Positions 1 through 12,976 of a stretch of DNA of 64,000 nt are shown in pieces. This DNA comes from Felis catus (Eukaryota). The stretch's first letter is position 1; every line of letters starts with the position of its first letter. A program made the translations under genes and the position numbers. The stretch covers positions 30,630,001 through 30,694,000 of the forward strand of contig NC_058368.1 of assembly GCF_018350175.1 (NCBI RefSeq). Direction: 5' to 3'. The notes below the pieces were generated by a model. It ran no database searches and had not been told where the DNA came from. It worked only from the letters and a program-made list of their open reading frames with translations.

Positions 1-611
1 CACAATGACAGAGGCATGTTATGTATTAAAGACATTTACAGTGCATGAATTGACAATCTACTTTTCAAAAAGGCAAAATGATGACTCTCTTATAAAGATA
101 AAATAAACACGTGTCAGAAATTTTATTCAGTTCGTTAATTAATGAGAAAATCAGTAAGATACTGAAACCGGTTCAAAGAGCATTTGAAAGGCAGGGGGTA
201 AGTGTGTGCGTATGTGCAATTTAATCAGGAAAGTCAGGAATATTTCTGGCTTTGATACAAACAGGTGAATATCTTATAGTGAAATAAAACATAATGTTTG
301 GAGTTCTCCATTCCGTAAGACAAAAATTATTTACTTATTTCCTGGATTAAAGTCTACAATTTAACGTATGACTTCACTTATTATAAGGGCTTTAATCAAT
401 AGGAAATAGTGATTTGATGTCAGTATATACCCCTAGATGATATTTAAGCAACTTTCCCTCATAAATGATATTGAAAAGATGTGTTTTCCTTAAGCCTGGG
501 ACTACAATCCATGGACTATGGCAGACGGGCAGCATTACCAAACACTTGCATAGTGAAGAAGGTGCCAGAATCGGAGTGAGGAGGCCCATGTAGTGGTGTA
601 GGCATTCTGTT

Positions 612-1052
612 AGTCTGAAAAGGCTACATACTCTATGATCTCAACTATATAAGATTCTGGAAAAGGCAAAACTGTGGATATAATAAACATTTTGGTGGTT
701 GTCTAGGTTAGGGGGAGAGAGGGATGAATTGCTGAAGCAGAGAGGATTTCCAGGGCAATGAAAATATTCTATATGGTAATGGTGGATATATGTCATTACA
801 CATTTGTCCGAACTCAGGGATTATACAACACCAAAAGTGAGACCTAATGTAACTATGGACTTTGGGTGGTTATGGTATGCCAGTGTAGGTCCATCAACTG
901 TAACAAATGTACTACTTTGGGGAGGGACTTTGATAATGGGAGAGACTATACATGTGTGAGTATATGGGGGTATATGGGAAATCTCTGTGACCTCCTCTCA
1001 ATTGTGCTGTGAACCTACCCCTGCTCTAAAAATAAAGCCTATTAAAAATAAA
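612..1052 (+). mobile_element. L1MC-type LINE-1 3' end fragment
   Basis: Diagnostic L1MC 3' UTR blocks (aaaaggctacatac, actatggactttgggtg, tgtaacaaatgtac, ggaaatctctgt) ending in aataaa and an A-rich tail. Confidence 0.85.
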
Positions 1053-1597
1053 TATATAATTTATTTTAAAAAAGGAAAAGATGTTTCCCACAATTTTAGC
1101 TTATTTTTAAGTTTTGCCTGATTTTTCACAAAAGAGTGAATTAATATGTTCTTCCTAAAGGTATCTATTAATTGAGTATAGGAACATTGCAGCTAAGGGT
1201 TTGCCATCGAAGTGCTGATCCTATTAACTTAAAAATTCAGTTGCATAAAATGACCAATTTTACTACCATTGCCAGATAATTGAGGCCTCACTGTAATGGC
1301 TTGGTGATTTGATTTCTCACCATTGTTCTAAATATGCTTTGGAACTTACTCTTTGAGAAGAGATTACCTTTGAATATTTAGTATCACTAAAATTAATGAT
1401 TATAATGCACAGAATTACAATAAAAATCTTTGAACTCCAATTGAAGTCAACTTGAAAATGGAAGGTAGAGATTCGTGTTTTAAAAAAGTAGTTAGGAGAT
1501 GACTGCTTCCCATATGAACAATTAATAGCTTTATTAATCATTTTGAATAAGAAATAAAGATACATACACTAGGCTTCTGTTAGTGTTTATATGAACA

Positions 1598-1700
1598 CTA
1601 GAATGTTAGAACTGGAATGGACCAGGGGTGCTGTTGATCACCCCCTCCATTTACAGGTGAGGAAACTGAAGCAAAATCACAGATTGTTAGTTATTATGAA
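1598..1700 (-). mobile_element. MIR SINE fragment
   Basis: MIR core ccatttacaggtgaggaaactgaagc. Confidence 0.6.
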
Positions 1701-3850
1701 ACACTATGTGACTAGCAAAGTAATACACAGTTTTGTTCTTAACATATCTCTTACATGTATGAGGTCTAGCTAATTGCTAATTGCTGAATCATTAGAGATA
1801 CATAGGATAGCACTAGATTTTTTTTTATAGGTAATGAAATCAGAATCTAGAACTGAAATGACTCATAAAACATAACCAGCCTCATTATATGGAGGTTTCC
1901 ACCTACCAAAGCAGCTGGATTTTAAAAAGTGGAAATATTTTGAGACAATAGTTGGGGGGAGGGCAGGGGAAAATGTATGAAACTTGTGATTTGTTCTTGA
2001 ATAAAATTGTATTTCTGCCCCTTCCTCCCAAATTTATGTTTCTAGGGGATATGACTAATGTTGATGAATTTAAAAACTTTCCAGAAGATTTTATTCTTTT
2101 TGTAATTTTTGTAGGTACAGGGCCCCTTTAAGTACAAAATGTGATGGTTTAGAAGACTGGTGACTTCAGTATTCTGGTGTAGAGAAGATCTGAGTTGAGG
2201 GATGTAGGAGAAGAAAGTATTGTCTGCTTCCCACTTCCAAAGTGCATGCGTGTCTCAAGAAAAATCACCTCTGCCTGGATGTGGCAAAGATAACATTTCT
2301 TTAAAAATGTTCTGATGATCGGTAGCACAGAGCTCAGAAAAAGCAAAAAAAAAATTAAATGGCTGGTCAATTTAAACAGTACAATGTTGAACTACTACAA
2401 AATAATAGTTCTGTGATCTACCTAATGATAATGCTCAAACCAAACTCCACAGACAGAACAACTTTGTCAGAATCATCAGTGTTTGTTATGTTAGGACTGA
2501 GGATGAATCAGTGTCAGGGTTCATTCTTACAGGCATGGCTTTTCTAGGTGGAAAAGTTTGTCTGTGGGCTATTGGGTAGTTCACAACATTGACACAGAGA
2601 GCAGAAACCAAGGCTTGGAGGTAGGTGAGAACTAATGAGGTTGGGGTAGCTCAGCCACGCAGTGGTGATGGGTACGGTCGAGTTCTACCTCTGGCACCAT
2701 GGCTACTGGACCTGAGTCACTGCCTCCACTCTATTCTTGGATGCTATAGCTTCTACTGTCTCTGTGAATAACTTCTCAGTCACTCTTGTGGTTTTCTGGA
2801 TTAATTCTTGGGTCATTCCAAATTCCTATCTCAAGGAAGCACTGCCTTGGCTAAGTATCTTCTTTAATTTCCCTCGTTTGAATAATTGGATAGCGATCCA
2901 AAATTGGAAGAACACGTGGGAACTGTTACAAAGAGAGAAAGGGGGGAGGAGACTTTCCACTACACTAGTCCCAGCCCAAACGTATTGAATGAAAATCTTG
3001 CAGGAAATGATGAGAATCAGCGTGTTTAAACAAATATAGTCACTTCTGCTTTGATGTGACATAGGTGTTCCTAGAAATCACCATACTATACAAAATAGTA
3101 TAAAGACCACAGAGGTTATGAGAAAAGCAGCACTCAAAAACACGATTGGTGATACACTAAAAAAGATAAGCTAGCGAACACAGCAGTGAAGTTTGACATA
3201 CGTTAAATGGCTAAGAAATACGGAAACACTACATTAGAAATATCCCTTTATCCTGCAAAAGACCTGAGGTTTGCTTGTGAAGTGGGCATTGAAAGGGTTG
3301 TAGCTTTTGTTCTTGGTACGTAATTGTCACCTGAAATGGAATAGGAAGCTATAATATCTGAGGTGCCTGAGTTTGGTTCGTAACACCTGTGGTGTAGTGA
3401 GGTAGCTGGTAGACGTTACAAGTGTGTTCTTGGTTGTATTTCGTGTATTCCCACATGGATCGGTGCGGTGGTGAATTTTTCCGAATTCACCTGTGTTTCT
3501 CCGGATGATGTCTCACCTGAACAAAAAAGAAATCTGCATTATGCTTGAATGGTGTACCTAATTGCGTACCAATAATGTTGGGACAAAATCACACTTCGAA
3601 ACAACTATTAGAGCAAAATTGACTGTACTTCTGTGTGATTCTTAGGTATACCAAAGTATTAACACTACTAGGGTTTTGGATCTCCCCTGACTATTCCAAG
3701 TGCCCTTCCTGTTTAATACCCTCTATGAGGTAAGGCACATGATGCCCTAACTGTCTTATTTGGTGGGTGTAGGTGTGGGAGAAGGGACATTTTCCTCTTT
3801 TCTCTCCCATGTCTTAAGAGCTGACTTACAAGTCTTCCCTGTGGACTTTT

Positions 3851-4075
3851 ATTTATTTATTAAAAAAAATTTTTTTAATGTTTATTTATTTTTGAGACAG
3901 AGACAGAGCACGAATGGGGGAGGGACAGAGAGAGAGTGAGACACAGAATCCGAAGCAGGCTCCAGGCTCTGAGCTGTCAGCACAGAGCCTGATGCGGGGC
4001 TCGAACCCATGGACCGTGAGATCATGACCTGAGCTGAAATCAGAAGCTCAACCGACTGAGCCACCCAGGCGCCCC
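3851..4075 (-). mobile_element. Carnivore SINE (SINEC_Fc type)
   Basis: Reverse complement of ggggcgcctgggtggctcag head, (CT)n region and A tail; imperfect TSD cctgtggactttta/cctgtcatctttta. Confidence 0.97.
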
Positions 4076-4169
4076 CCTGTCATCTTTTAAATCACTGCAC
4101 TCTCATCTCTTAGAGTACCCACTTCCCCAGACTCCATGATCCCAGACCCAATGACTTAGATTTTCCTCT

Positions 4170-4325
4170 CTACCCTACCACCTAGCATCATCTTCAGGAA
4201 TTTTTCAACTTATTTGGTGGTGTCTCCGTTAACACCTTGATCCTACCTTCCTGAATAGCTACTGATCTTAACTTTCCACAGCAGCTACTCCCAGCCACAG
4301 CATCGCCTCCAGTCTTGTTTACCGC
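4170..4325 (+). mobile_element. Possible degenerate L2 endonuclease-region fragment
   Basis: catcatcttcaggaatttttcaac and cagctactcccagccacagcatc resemble L2 segments encoding the ILGDFN and PTH..GHTLDL motifs; very diverged. Confidence 0.35.
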
Positions 4326-4881
4326 CTGTCTCCGCTGCATATTAGTAAGCCTGCAGCAAGTTTGTGTCATTTTGTGTCATTTCCCCTGGTTTCCTCTATC
4401 TCTCAGGTAAAATTTAAGCATGAAACATGCATACTGTTTCGCAAAGGCGTTTCACATTTGTCCTATCTCCTTTGCCTGTGTGCAAATTTCTAACGCAACC
4501 ATGGAAGTCTACATTGGCCCGCGGATTGCCCTGCATTACCAAATTGTAAATAAGAGCAGAATGTTAGGATTCAGCTAATACTAGAAATGCTGCAGCCTTA
4601 CATTTTCTTCACATGAAAAACCATATGAATGTCCTTTTAATACAAAGACTTTTCTTCTGTATTTTAGTCCTGGCTGCTGTGTTTTTAACTTTTCATTCTG
4701 CTGGGGAGATTAAAGACAGAGGATCATTATGAGTCTTCTAAGAAGCCAAGGGACTGCAGTTAGATTAAAAGCTATTTATTCTGCACTTTGTATTTTCTTT
4801 GGTCCTTATTTTCAGATTGAACATAAGGTATCTGCAGCACAGATTGCTTTCAGAAAGATGAATTTGACTAAAAATCATACT

Positions 4882-5530
4882 ATGCATTCATTCAATAAAC
4901 ATTTATTTTTGAATGCCTCCTATAATTCAGGGTCTCTGCTAGCCCAGGGCACATAAAAATGAATGAGAAAACCTTTTTGTCTTTAAGGAGCTGTAGTGGA
5001 TTCCATGGTGCTGTGCCCAGATACCATCACCCCAGCTGCTTGGAATGTTGGTGGCTAACAGCTCTTAGCTGAGTCCATCTTTTGGCCTTGGCTATAACCA
5101 AAGAAAGCCTCCTCATCCAAGGTCATGCTCCCTTCCCAGGAGGAAACCCCATTTAATGACCGGTCAATATGGGATTCTTTCTTTGGCCCTAATTTAGGAC
5201 AATTCTGAAAGGCCGTTCCAACTTGAGAGCTCCTCATAAGATTGGCTGAGGCTTTCTTTGTAATTGCATGAGTTCACAGTTCAATTTCTCCCTCTGTCCA
5301 ATCCTGCTTCCTTCACTCCCCACGATTTTTGATCTTGAGAACACAAAGCACTCTCAGGTAAACCTTCTGCATGCATGTCTGTATTCCAGAATCTGATTCC
5401 TGGGGAATCTGCCTGCAGTGAGAATTCACCGTCTGGGTGGAGGGGCCACAGCATTAGCAATTGTGATAATATTTTGAAAATTACTCTAGTAGATGTAAGT
5501 CTATGTCATTAGGAGAGACGCATTTTGCTC
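4882..5530 (-). mobile_element. L2 3' end, split by the LTR16-type insertion
   Basis: cattcattcaataaacatttatt L2 tail at ~4884; L2-like sequence resumes after ~5419. Confidence 0.6.
4992..5418 (+). mobile_element. ERVL solo LTR, LTR16C-like
   Basis: TG start; blocks ccaaggtcatgctccc, ggacaattctgaaaggcc, ttctccctctgtccaatcctgcttccttcactcc match LTR16 family. Confidence 0.8.
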
Positions 5531-6188
5531 AGATTGGGGTAGAAGTGGGGTCACACCTACATGGAAGGAGAAACTGTCACTGTGGGGGAAATCATGGTGT
5601 TTAAAATAAGGCTCGAGGGAGGAGGACACAGAGATAAGCTTCCGGAGTTGGTACTGCTATGGTTACTCTCTACTTCAGACCAAAGTGAATGTGTTTTTGA
5701 GTTTTCAACAGTATCATATTTTTTGTCCACTTAATTACTTTTGACAGTAGTCTTTCTTGGGACAATTAATTACCTTTATATTATACATGAGGAAAATCGC
5801 TTAAAAATAGGCTCTGTTATGCTACTAGTATATAATAAGTTGATGGTTTGGCCAGGCCATTTATTTGAAAGATGACTGGAAAGTAAAGATCTAGGGAGGG
5901 TTCAAATTAGTTTACAAATTAATTCCTCCTGTTTGCAGCAGAATATGATTCTACTTATCATGTCCTCACGGACTCAGTCTGAAAATATTTTATGACATTC
6001 ATGTACATGGCACTTTCAATGTCCCAAGCTTTCTTTTTTCTACTCCTGCCTCTTGTTTAACATTGTTCTTCTGCCCTTTTCTTCTGACTTAAAGTTGACA
6101 GTTATCTACAAAAACTGTATACAACAAAAATGTAAGTATTGGTGATCTACCTGATCTTTCAGTTATTTCTTCTAAGTCAGACCTTTCA

Positions 6189-6407
6189 GGGGCGTCTGGG
6201 TGGCTCATTCCGTTAAGTGTCTGACTCTTGGTTTTGGCTCAAGTCATGATCTCGTGGCTTCATGCGTTCGAGCCCCGCATAGGGCTTTGTGCTGATAGTG
6301 CAGCGTCTACTTGAGATTCTCTCTCTCCTCTCTCTTCTCTCTCTGTCCCTCCCACACAGTTGCTGTCTCTGTCTTTCTCAAAATAAATAAATAAACTTAA
6401 AAAAAAG
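6189..6407 (+). mobile_element. Carnivore SINE (older felid subtype)
   Basis: ggggcgtctgggtggctca head, B-box-like gttcgagcc, (CT)n, aaataaataaataaac tail. Confidence 0.95.
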
Positions 6408-7929
6408 CTTTCAATAACTGTATTGGTAAGGCACATTGTAAAATCACACATGTGCTTGCTTATTATAGTATGACATATAATATCATTCATTCTCAAAATT
6501 ATCTCTGTTTTTCATCCAATATTATTCTCAGTATGGATGCATATGGCACAACACATATTCCAAACAAACCTTCGTTCTTTTTCCCCCCAACTTTTTTTTC
6601 TTTATTTAGGAAAGACAGTTTCTCAGTGGCTTTCAGAACTTACAGGTATTTAATTAAATGTAGATTGTATGGTACATTAGTGGCCATCAAACATTATGTC
6701 TTTCAGCAGGCAATTAAAAAGGGCAAAATATCCTAAATGAATTTTTAAATACGTTCTTCCAATCATTAAGCACAGTTACCATGGCCATATTTTGTAAATT
6801 TAAAATACTGGAGTTCTCACAAGTATGCTTGTCACAGTCGTTTTTATTGATGATCTATCTGAGCTCATTTCCTAGCTGAGAAACCTTGTCGGTCAATTTA
6901 TTCCAACATAACACCGTTTGGTTGGGTGGTTATTAATCCTGTAATTGTTCACGGCATGCCAGGAATAATTCAGTTAATTATTACAATATGTCTTACTTTG
7001 CCATGCTTCTCTATGTCAAAATACCCTTTGCATATATTGGGAGAAAAGTCAGATGCTTACTTAAATTCTAGACATAAAAATTGATTACTAACTAAAAATG
7101 TAAAAGGACAACATTTTTTGTTTGCCCTCATAGAGTATCTGCTGGCCTAAATGTGGTTTGATGAATTATAACCTCCTGATTTTAATTGATGCATCACTTC
7201 TACTTTTTTTCAAAAGAATTTGGAAGAAGGAATCACTTTAACTGAGTATTAGTTTCAATTAAGTGCCATAGTGTAACAATTCACCCTCAATCATATTAAA
7301 AAGAGAATTTTATTTTTTTCCGATCCAATATATGGAAATAGAGCTAATGCCTACAGTTCCATTATGGTCATGAAATTAAATGTTGTGCAGTTAGGTAAAA
7401 AGTGTGATGATGTATATAATAACTTTCATGCACAGAATTAAATTCAGTTAAAGGTATTTGGGGTTGGATATGGCTGAATGGATTCTAGAATGTAAAAGCC
7501 CATCAATAAAACATAATAATGTATGGATTATTACATTCTAACACTCACAATAGGTTATTTTAGTTCACTATAGAAATGGAAAATGCAATATTCATTATGC
7601 AGCACTGTGCTTGCATTAAATCAAATTCAGCAGAGACCTTCCCTAAGAGAGGGGAACATAACCACTGCTTTATAGTTAGCTTCTTTAGCTAACTCTAACT
7701 TACAATAAACAAATCACCATGTGCTTGTTAACCAAATTAACATCCTTCTCTCAGGTCAAAGGAACAACTGTATTAATTGGCTGTGGGCTAAAGGACTCCG
7801 AAGGAATTGTAAAGCAAAGATGATTTCATTCCTGTTGTTGGTGATGAGGGAGCATAGATACAAAATAATAAATAAAAGATGCATTCTATTTCATCCAATA
7901 AAAATCACAGGCATTAAGGTGGAATCTAT

Positions 7930-8130
7930 GTTGTTAGCTAGAGATCACTTAATTTGGAGTCAGTGGTACTCTAGATTTGCTACATGGTTTTGTGAGTTTG
8001 AGCAAGTCATTAAATCTTAATTTACCTATAAAAATGGCATGCTAATACTTTGTAGGTTGGACATAACAGTGGAATGATAAGTATAGGAGACCTCTTTTTG
8101 TTGTCTAAACACTGTAAAAGATATTAAGGT
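7930..8130 (+). mobile_element. MIR SINE fragment
   Basis: tgtgagtttgagcaagtcattaaatc...cctataaaaatgg MIR core. Confidence 0.55.
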
Positions 8131-8290
8131 TCTAAATGTGCACCTAGACTATTTAGAAGTATATACCAGATATATAAGATATAAGATATATCAGGGATAA
8201 AATGACCTATTCATTACTTCTGTTATCTATTCATTTTTCTGAAATACTTCATAGGTTAACAAATTTTATGATATTTTTGGTATAGATGAT

Positions 8291-9020
8291 TGTGGTATAA
8301 TAAAGAATATATCGGCTCTTTGTCCCTGGTTCCTCACAGAGAGCCTGAAAGAGGCATAGAATTTCCTGAGTGATGAGTGTCTTTTCTATGCTAATGAGAT
8401 GACTCATCATAGGCTTCTGTAGATTCAGGACTAGTGACCCTTCACCAGAAACACCAGCCGCGTGATTATCACCTCAGAACTTTGGGTCAGCCTGACCTCC
8501 CGATAGGGGAAGGGAACTGGAAACTGAGTTCTATCTTGTGGCCAGTGATTCAATCAGTCATGCTTACATAATGAAACCATAATAAAACTCTGGACACAGA
8601 GGCTCCTGGAGCTTCTTGATGGGTGAACCCAATATGTACAGGGAAGGTGATGTACCAGACTCCTCTGAGAAGAGGCAGGGAAGCTCAGCTTGCAGGACTC
8701 TCCCAGACATTTCCCTTTGTGACTCTTCTTTATCTGATTGTTCTGGAGTTGTAAGTTTTGTAATAGAGCTATAATCATAAGTACAACAGTCTCTTGAATT
8801 CTATGAGGCATTCTAGTGAATTTAAAGCTGAGGGGATCCTGGGAAGCCCTAAATTTGTAACTGATCAGGCAGAAGTGTGGGATGCTCCAGGGATTGGTGG
8901 TTGGCATCTAAACTAAGGGAACTCTTGTGGGGAACTGAACCCTTAAATCTGTGGAGTCTGCCACAGGATAATTAGTGCCAGAATTGTCCTGCAGTGCTGT
9001 ACTTGGGCGGAAACAGAACA
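8291..9020 (+). mobile_element. MER21-like solo LTR
   Basis: TG start; blocks gtccctggttcct, tatgctaatgag, caatcagtcatgcttacataatgaaacc, cccttaaatctgtggagtctg typical of MER21B/C; right end approximate. Confidence 0.8.
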
Positions 9021-10149
9021 TTTGTGATAGATAAAACAAAACATTTCCCCTAAACGTGACAATATGATTGCAAACTGAACAAGAAGTCCCATAAACATTA
9101 GCACCAGAAATGCATAAGATACCATGCTCCATTTTCAAGGGAATATAAATTCTACAGAGTACAAAATGCTCTGATAAAAGTCAGCTTAATTAAGCCACAT
9201 AATGGGCTATTTTCGAATTTGCAAATGTAGTTCTCTTTTTTTAATCAATTGACTTTCAGGTGTGCCAAAAATTTAAGGGACAATGTGGTGAAACATTCAA
9301 CATGGTTATACATCTATTATAAAAGTCTAGAAATGCTATAAAATACTTATAAAATACTGTGTTTTTTTAAATGCAGGTTGAACTTTAGATAACGTAATTG
9401 CAAATGTCCAGAGAATAAAAACAAAGAGGAAACTAAAATGCTGCAGGTGTCCTATTTGAAGGCGGATAAGAATGGTGGAAGGGCATTGGTTTAGGTAGTA
9501 CGCGCGCTGCCCGTGTAGAGCCAGGAGAAAGTGTGAGACCCACAGATTTGAGAGTTGGAACTGAGGTCACCATGCTCATAGCGGGATCCTTTGAGGGGCT
9601 TCATGCTCAGTAAAAATGTATACTAAAAGGAAAAAAAAACCTTCTATTTTTTTTTTCCTGGTAGTCTGGTAGATTTTGTAAATTGAACTCCACTCTTACT
9701 GCATGTATTAAAATGTATTAATGGGCTAACAAGAATATAAAGCATACAAAAAGGCCAAAAACTAAATAAAGGCAGATGTTTTAGAGGAAAGAGAGCAGTG
9801 GAGTTGGCTTAGGCCTTCAGGTTGTTTGCCTCATGTGATAAAAACTGGCATAGAACACCCTAGAAAGGTATTCTAGTAGGGTACAACTGATAACCAATAA
9901 ACTGATTCCTTATAGGACTCCTCTGCAGAAAAGGTACCTGTCTTGAACTTGGGGCTGAATAGAGATGAGAAAAATTCACTGTGAAAATTTGTATCTAAAA
10001 TCTAGACCACTGGTGGATTTGCAGCTCAAATCCATGTTATATGGTAGGTCTGATAAACTCAAGACAGATACCTGGCACATTAAAAAAGATCCTCTCTGGA
10101 GGAATTAACATGTCATACTAGGACTCATAATTTTCACAGATAAAATTTT

Positions 10150-10369
10150 TTTTTAATTTTTTTAATGTTTATTTATTTTTGAAGGAGAGAGAGACAGAGG
10201 AGTGTGAGTTGGGGAGTGGTAGAGAGACAGGGAGACACAGAATCTGAAGCAGGCTCCAAGCTCTGAGCGGTCAGCACAGAGCCCGACGAGGGGCTTGAAC
10301 TCACAAACCGCGAGATCATGATCTGAGCCAAAGTCGGATTCTCAGCCAACTGAGCCACCCAGGAGCCCC
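10150..10369 (-). mobile_element. Carnivore SINE (SINEC_Fc type)
   Basis: Full-length body; perfect 16-bp TSD tcacagataaaatttt at 10134-10149 and 10370-10385. Confidence 0.98.
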
Positions 10370-10498
10370 TCACAGATAAAATTTTAAGACATATGTGAAA
10401 AATTGCACAACATTCAAAGGACCAAGTCATCATGGATTGCATTCAATAGAAATTATAGCATCAGATATGCTAAGAATTCAAGAAGTATCTATTTCAGA

Positions 10499-10503
<5 letters not shown>

Positions 10504-10548
<45 letters not shown>
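10504..10548. repeat. (CA)n microsatellite, ~22 units
   Basis: Uninterrupted AC run. Confidence 0.99.
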
Positions 10549-10554
<6 letters not shown>

Positions 10555-10557
10555 GAT

Positions 10558-10912
10558 TGTCTTAGCCTTCAAGTTGCTGTAACTAAATGTTACAGACTGC
10601 ATAGGTTATAAGCTTCAGAAAATTATGTTTCATAGTCTAGAGGCTGGAAGTCCAAAACCAAGGCACTGGCAGTTTTGGTGTCTAGTGAGGGACTACTTTC
10701 TGGTTCACAGTGCCTTGTGGCTGTGTTGTGACATGTGAGAGGGGCTAGGGAGCTCTGTAGAATCTCTTTATAGGGCACTAATCCCATTCTTGAAGTCTCC
10801 ACCCTTTTGACCTAATCACTTAACAAAGATCCATCTTGTAGTACCATTGTCTTTGATGTTTGGGATTTCAACATATGAATTTTAGGGGGACATAAACGTT
10901 CAAACCATAACA
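10558..10912 (-). mobile_element. MaLR solo LTR, MLT1A-like
   Basis: TG...CA ends, perfect 5-bp TSD atgat (10553-10557, 10913-10917), blocks gaggctggaagtccaa, gggcactaatcccatt, ttcaacatatgaattt. Confidence 0.92.
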
Positions 10913-11045
10913 ATGATAAAATAAATTTTTGAATAGATTGAACATAACTGTATGGAGACTATTAAAATGAATAAGAAGATTTGAAGAGCAACCATATAGA
11001 ACTCAAGAAATAAAAATATAACATATTAAATTAAAAAGTCAATGG

Positions 11046-11279
11046 GGGGAGCCTGGATGGCTCAGTCAGTTAAGCGTCCGACTTTGGCTCAGGTCATGAT
11101 CTCTCGGTTTGTGAGTTCGAGCCCCATGTCAGGCTCTGTGCCGACAGCTCAGAGCCTGGAGCCTGCTTCGGATTCTGTGTCTCTCCCTCTCTGCCCCACC
11201 CCTGCTCGTGCTCTGTCTCTCTCTGTCTCTCTCTGTCTCTCAATAATAAATAAACGTTAAAATAAATAAATAAAACAAA
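11046..11279 (+). mobile_element. Carnivore SINE (SINEC_Fc type)
   Basis: Full-length body; TSD taaaaagtcaatgg at 11032-11045 and 11280-11293. Confidence 0.98.
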
Positions 11280-11913
11280 TAAAAAGTCAATGGGTAGTTT
11301 TATCAGCAGTTTAGCCACAGCTGAAGATAGTGAAAAAATGAAGAGAAACAAGCTAAAAAACGGTTAAAGATAAGTTAAGAGACATGGTTGAATATTATTC
11401 AGAAATTATGAAAGATTTCTATCCTGAGATTCAAAATAGGATCTGAAACTGATGTCTACATTTATTGCAGTGAATTTAAGAAGCTCCAAATATAAGGGAA
11501 GATCTTTACGGCAGAAGAATAAAATGGATCATCTCAGAAGGAGTGAAATTTTGCTTGAAAAGTGAGTTCTCAATAATCATGAAACCCGGAAGATAGAAGA
11601 TCTTTTTTAATATGTTAAGGTAAAAAAAAAACTGCCCGTCTACAATTGTGTACATAGTGAAAATATCTTTCAAAATGGTGATACAAAAGGAGATTCAGAG
11701 AAATCTAAAAACTTTGCCACTAACAGACTCATGTTGATGGGAATTCTAATGCATGTGCTTTCAACAAAGAGAAAATGATTGCATATGCAAGCAAAAATCA
11801 TGATCAAAGAAAGTAGTGAATATATGGCTGAACAAGCACTGATCGTAAGGAGCAAAATGATAAAATTTTGTGAAATTTTAAGAAGCATATATAAAAACTA
11901 TGAGACAATTGTA

Positions 11914-12222
11914 TACCTAAAACTAATATAACACTGTATATTAACTACACTGGAATAAAAAAAATAATGTAAATGAACAAAGGACTAAAAAAGAGACACA
12001 AACCAAAAAAATGGATTCTTAACTATAGAGAATAAACAGAGGGTTACCAGAGGGGAGGTGAGTGGGGGGATGGGTGAAATAGGTGCAGAGGATTAAGAGT
12101 ACACTTATGATGAGCACTGAGTAATGCACAGAATTGTTGAATCACTATATGGTACACCTAAAACTAATATAACACCATATGTTAACTATATAGGAAATTA
12201 AAAAAAAAAACTTAACAAAAAA
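11914..12222 (+). mobile_element. Compound carnivore L1 3'-end insertion (two tandem 3' termini)
   Basis: L1_Carn-type 3' UTR (gggttaccagaggggag, gatgagcactgagtaatg, acctaaaactaatataacac); 12-bp TSD gagacaattgta at 11902-11913 and 12223-12234. Confidence 0.9.
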
Positions 12223-12976
12223 GAGACAATTGTAATCCATAAGTTAGGAGAGAATGACTGATGTTAACGTTTTCTAAGTACCTTACATTGGAGGAAGGTA
12301 ATGAGATTGTTTAAGTTTATGTATTGGTAATATGAAATAGAGCATATAACTTCTGAAGTAGAGGGGAAATTATGTATAGCATAAGAAATACCTTTGCTCT
12401 GATTAAGAAGCAACCTTTTAGCAAACACTGGTATAAAACAATATGTTTTTCTTTTTAAGATTAGAACTTGGGAGAAAAAGAAAAAAGAAAAAGAAAGAAA
12501 ATCTGACCACCAACTCAGGGTGATGACAAAGAGGTTTGCCAGGTCTGCTTCAGGTTTGAGTAAGTATACAAAGCTGGAAGGTTTCCCTGAGAATCTGTAA
12601 CTAGGGGAATGTATTTCATAGCATATAGGAGATTATGTTTACATTACTTGCATGATCCAGGAGTCTACTATTCAGGATATTATCATTAAGATTGGCCTTT
12701 AGCTAGTAAAACCACTCTGGGGACTAGTTGAAACCTGAAAAATTTCTCTGCATGCATGATGCCTCAACTCAAGCTGCACAATATCGGGGATGTTGAACTC
12801 ACAGTACAGACTTATACATACACAAGAAAGAAATACATACCAAATGAGACTCAGCTGAACAACAAACAGCAGAAATAGTCCACAAAAAACAAAACAGAAC
12901 AAAACAAAAAACCAAGCAAACATAAGATACATAATTTGAGAATATTTAAAACAATATGATAAAAGTCACTGAAGAC

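Larger units (their letters stand above)
9255..11900 (+). mobile_element. Ancient L1/HAL1-like 5' region and ORF1 remnant, interrupted by two SINEs, a (CA)n and MLT1A
   Basis: A-rich decayed ORF1-like sequence (aactgcccgtctacaattgtgtacatagtgaaaatatctttcaaaa = ORF1 C-terminal block); boundaries approximate. Confidence 0.6.

Noticed and set aside
131..197. Exon-like segment (ttcag| ... |gtaagt) with one open frame
   Set aside because: Peptide not recognised, and the surrounding sequence looks like an old interspersed repeat that I cannot name
2490..2780. Possible very old MLT1-type LTR (also ~53740-54000)
   Set aside because: Too diverged to assign or delimit by eye
3398..3419. let-7-like start TGAGGTAG
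   Set aside because: Only 8 nt match; the remainder diverges and no precursor hairpin is evident
3470..3491. 8-bp hairpin ggtgaatt/aattcacc
   Set aside because: Stems of this length are expected by chance several times in 64 kb
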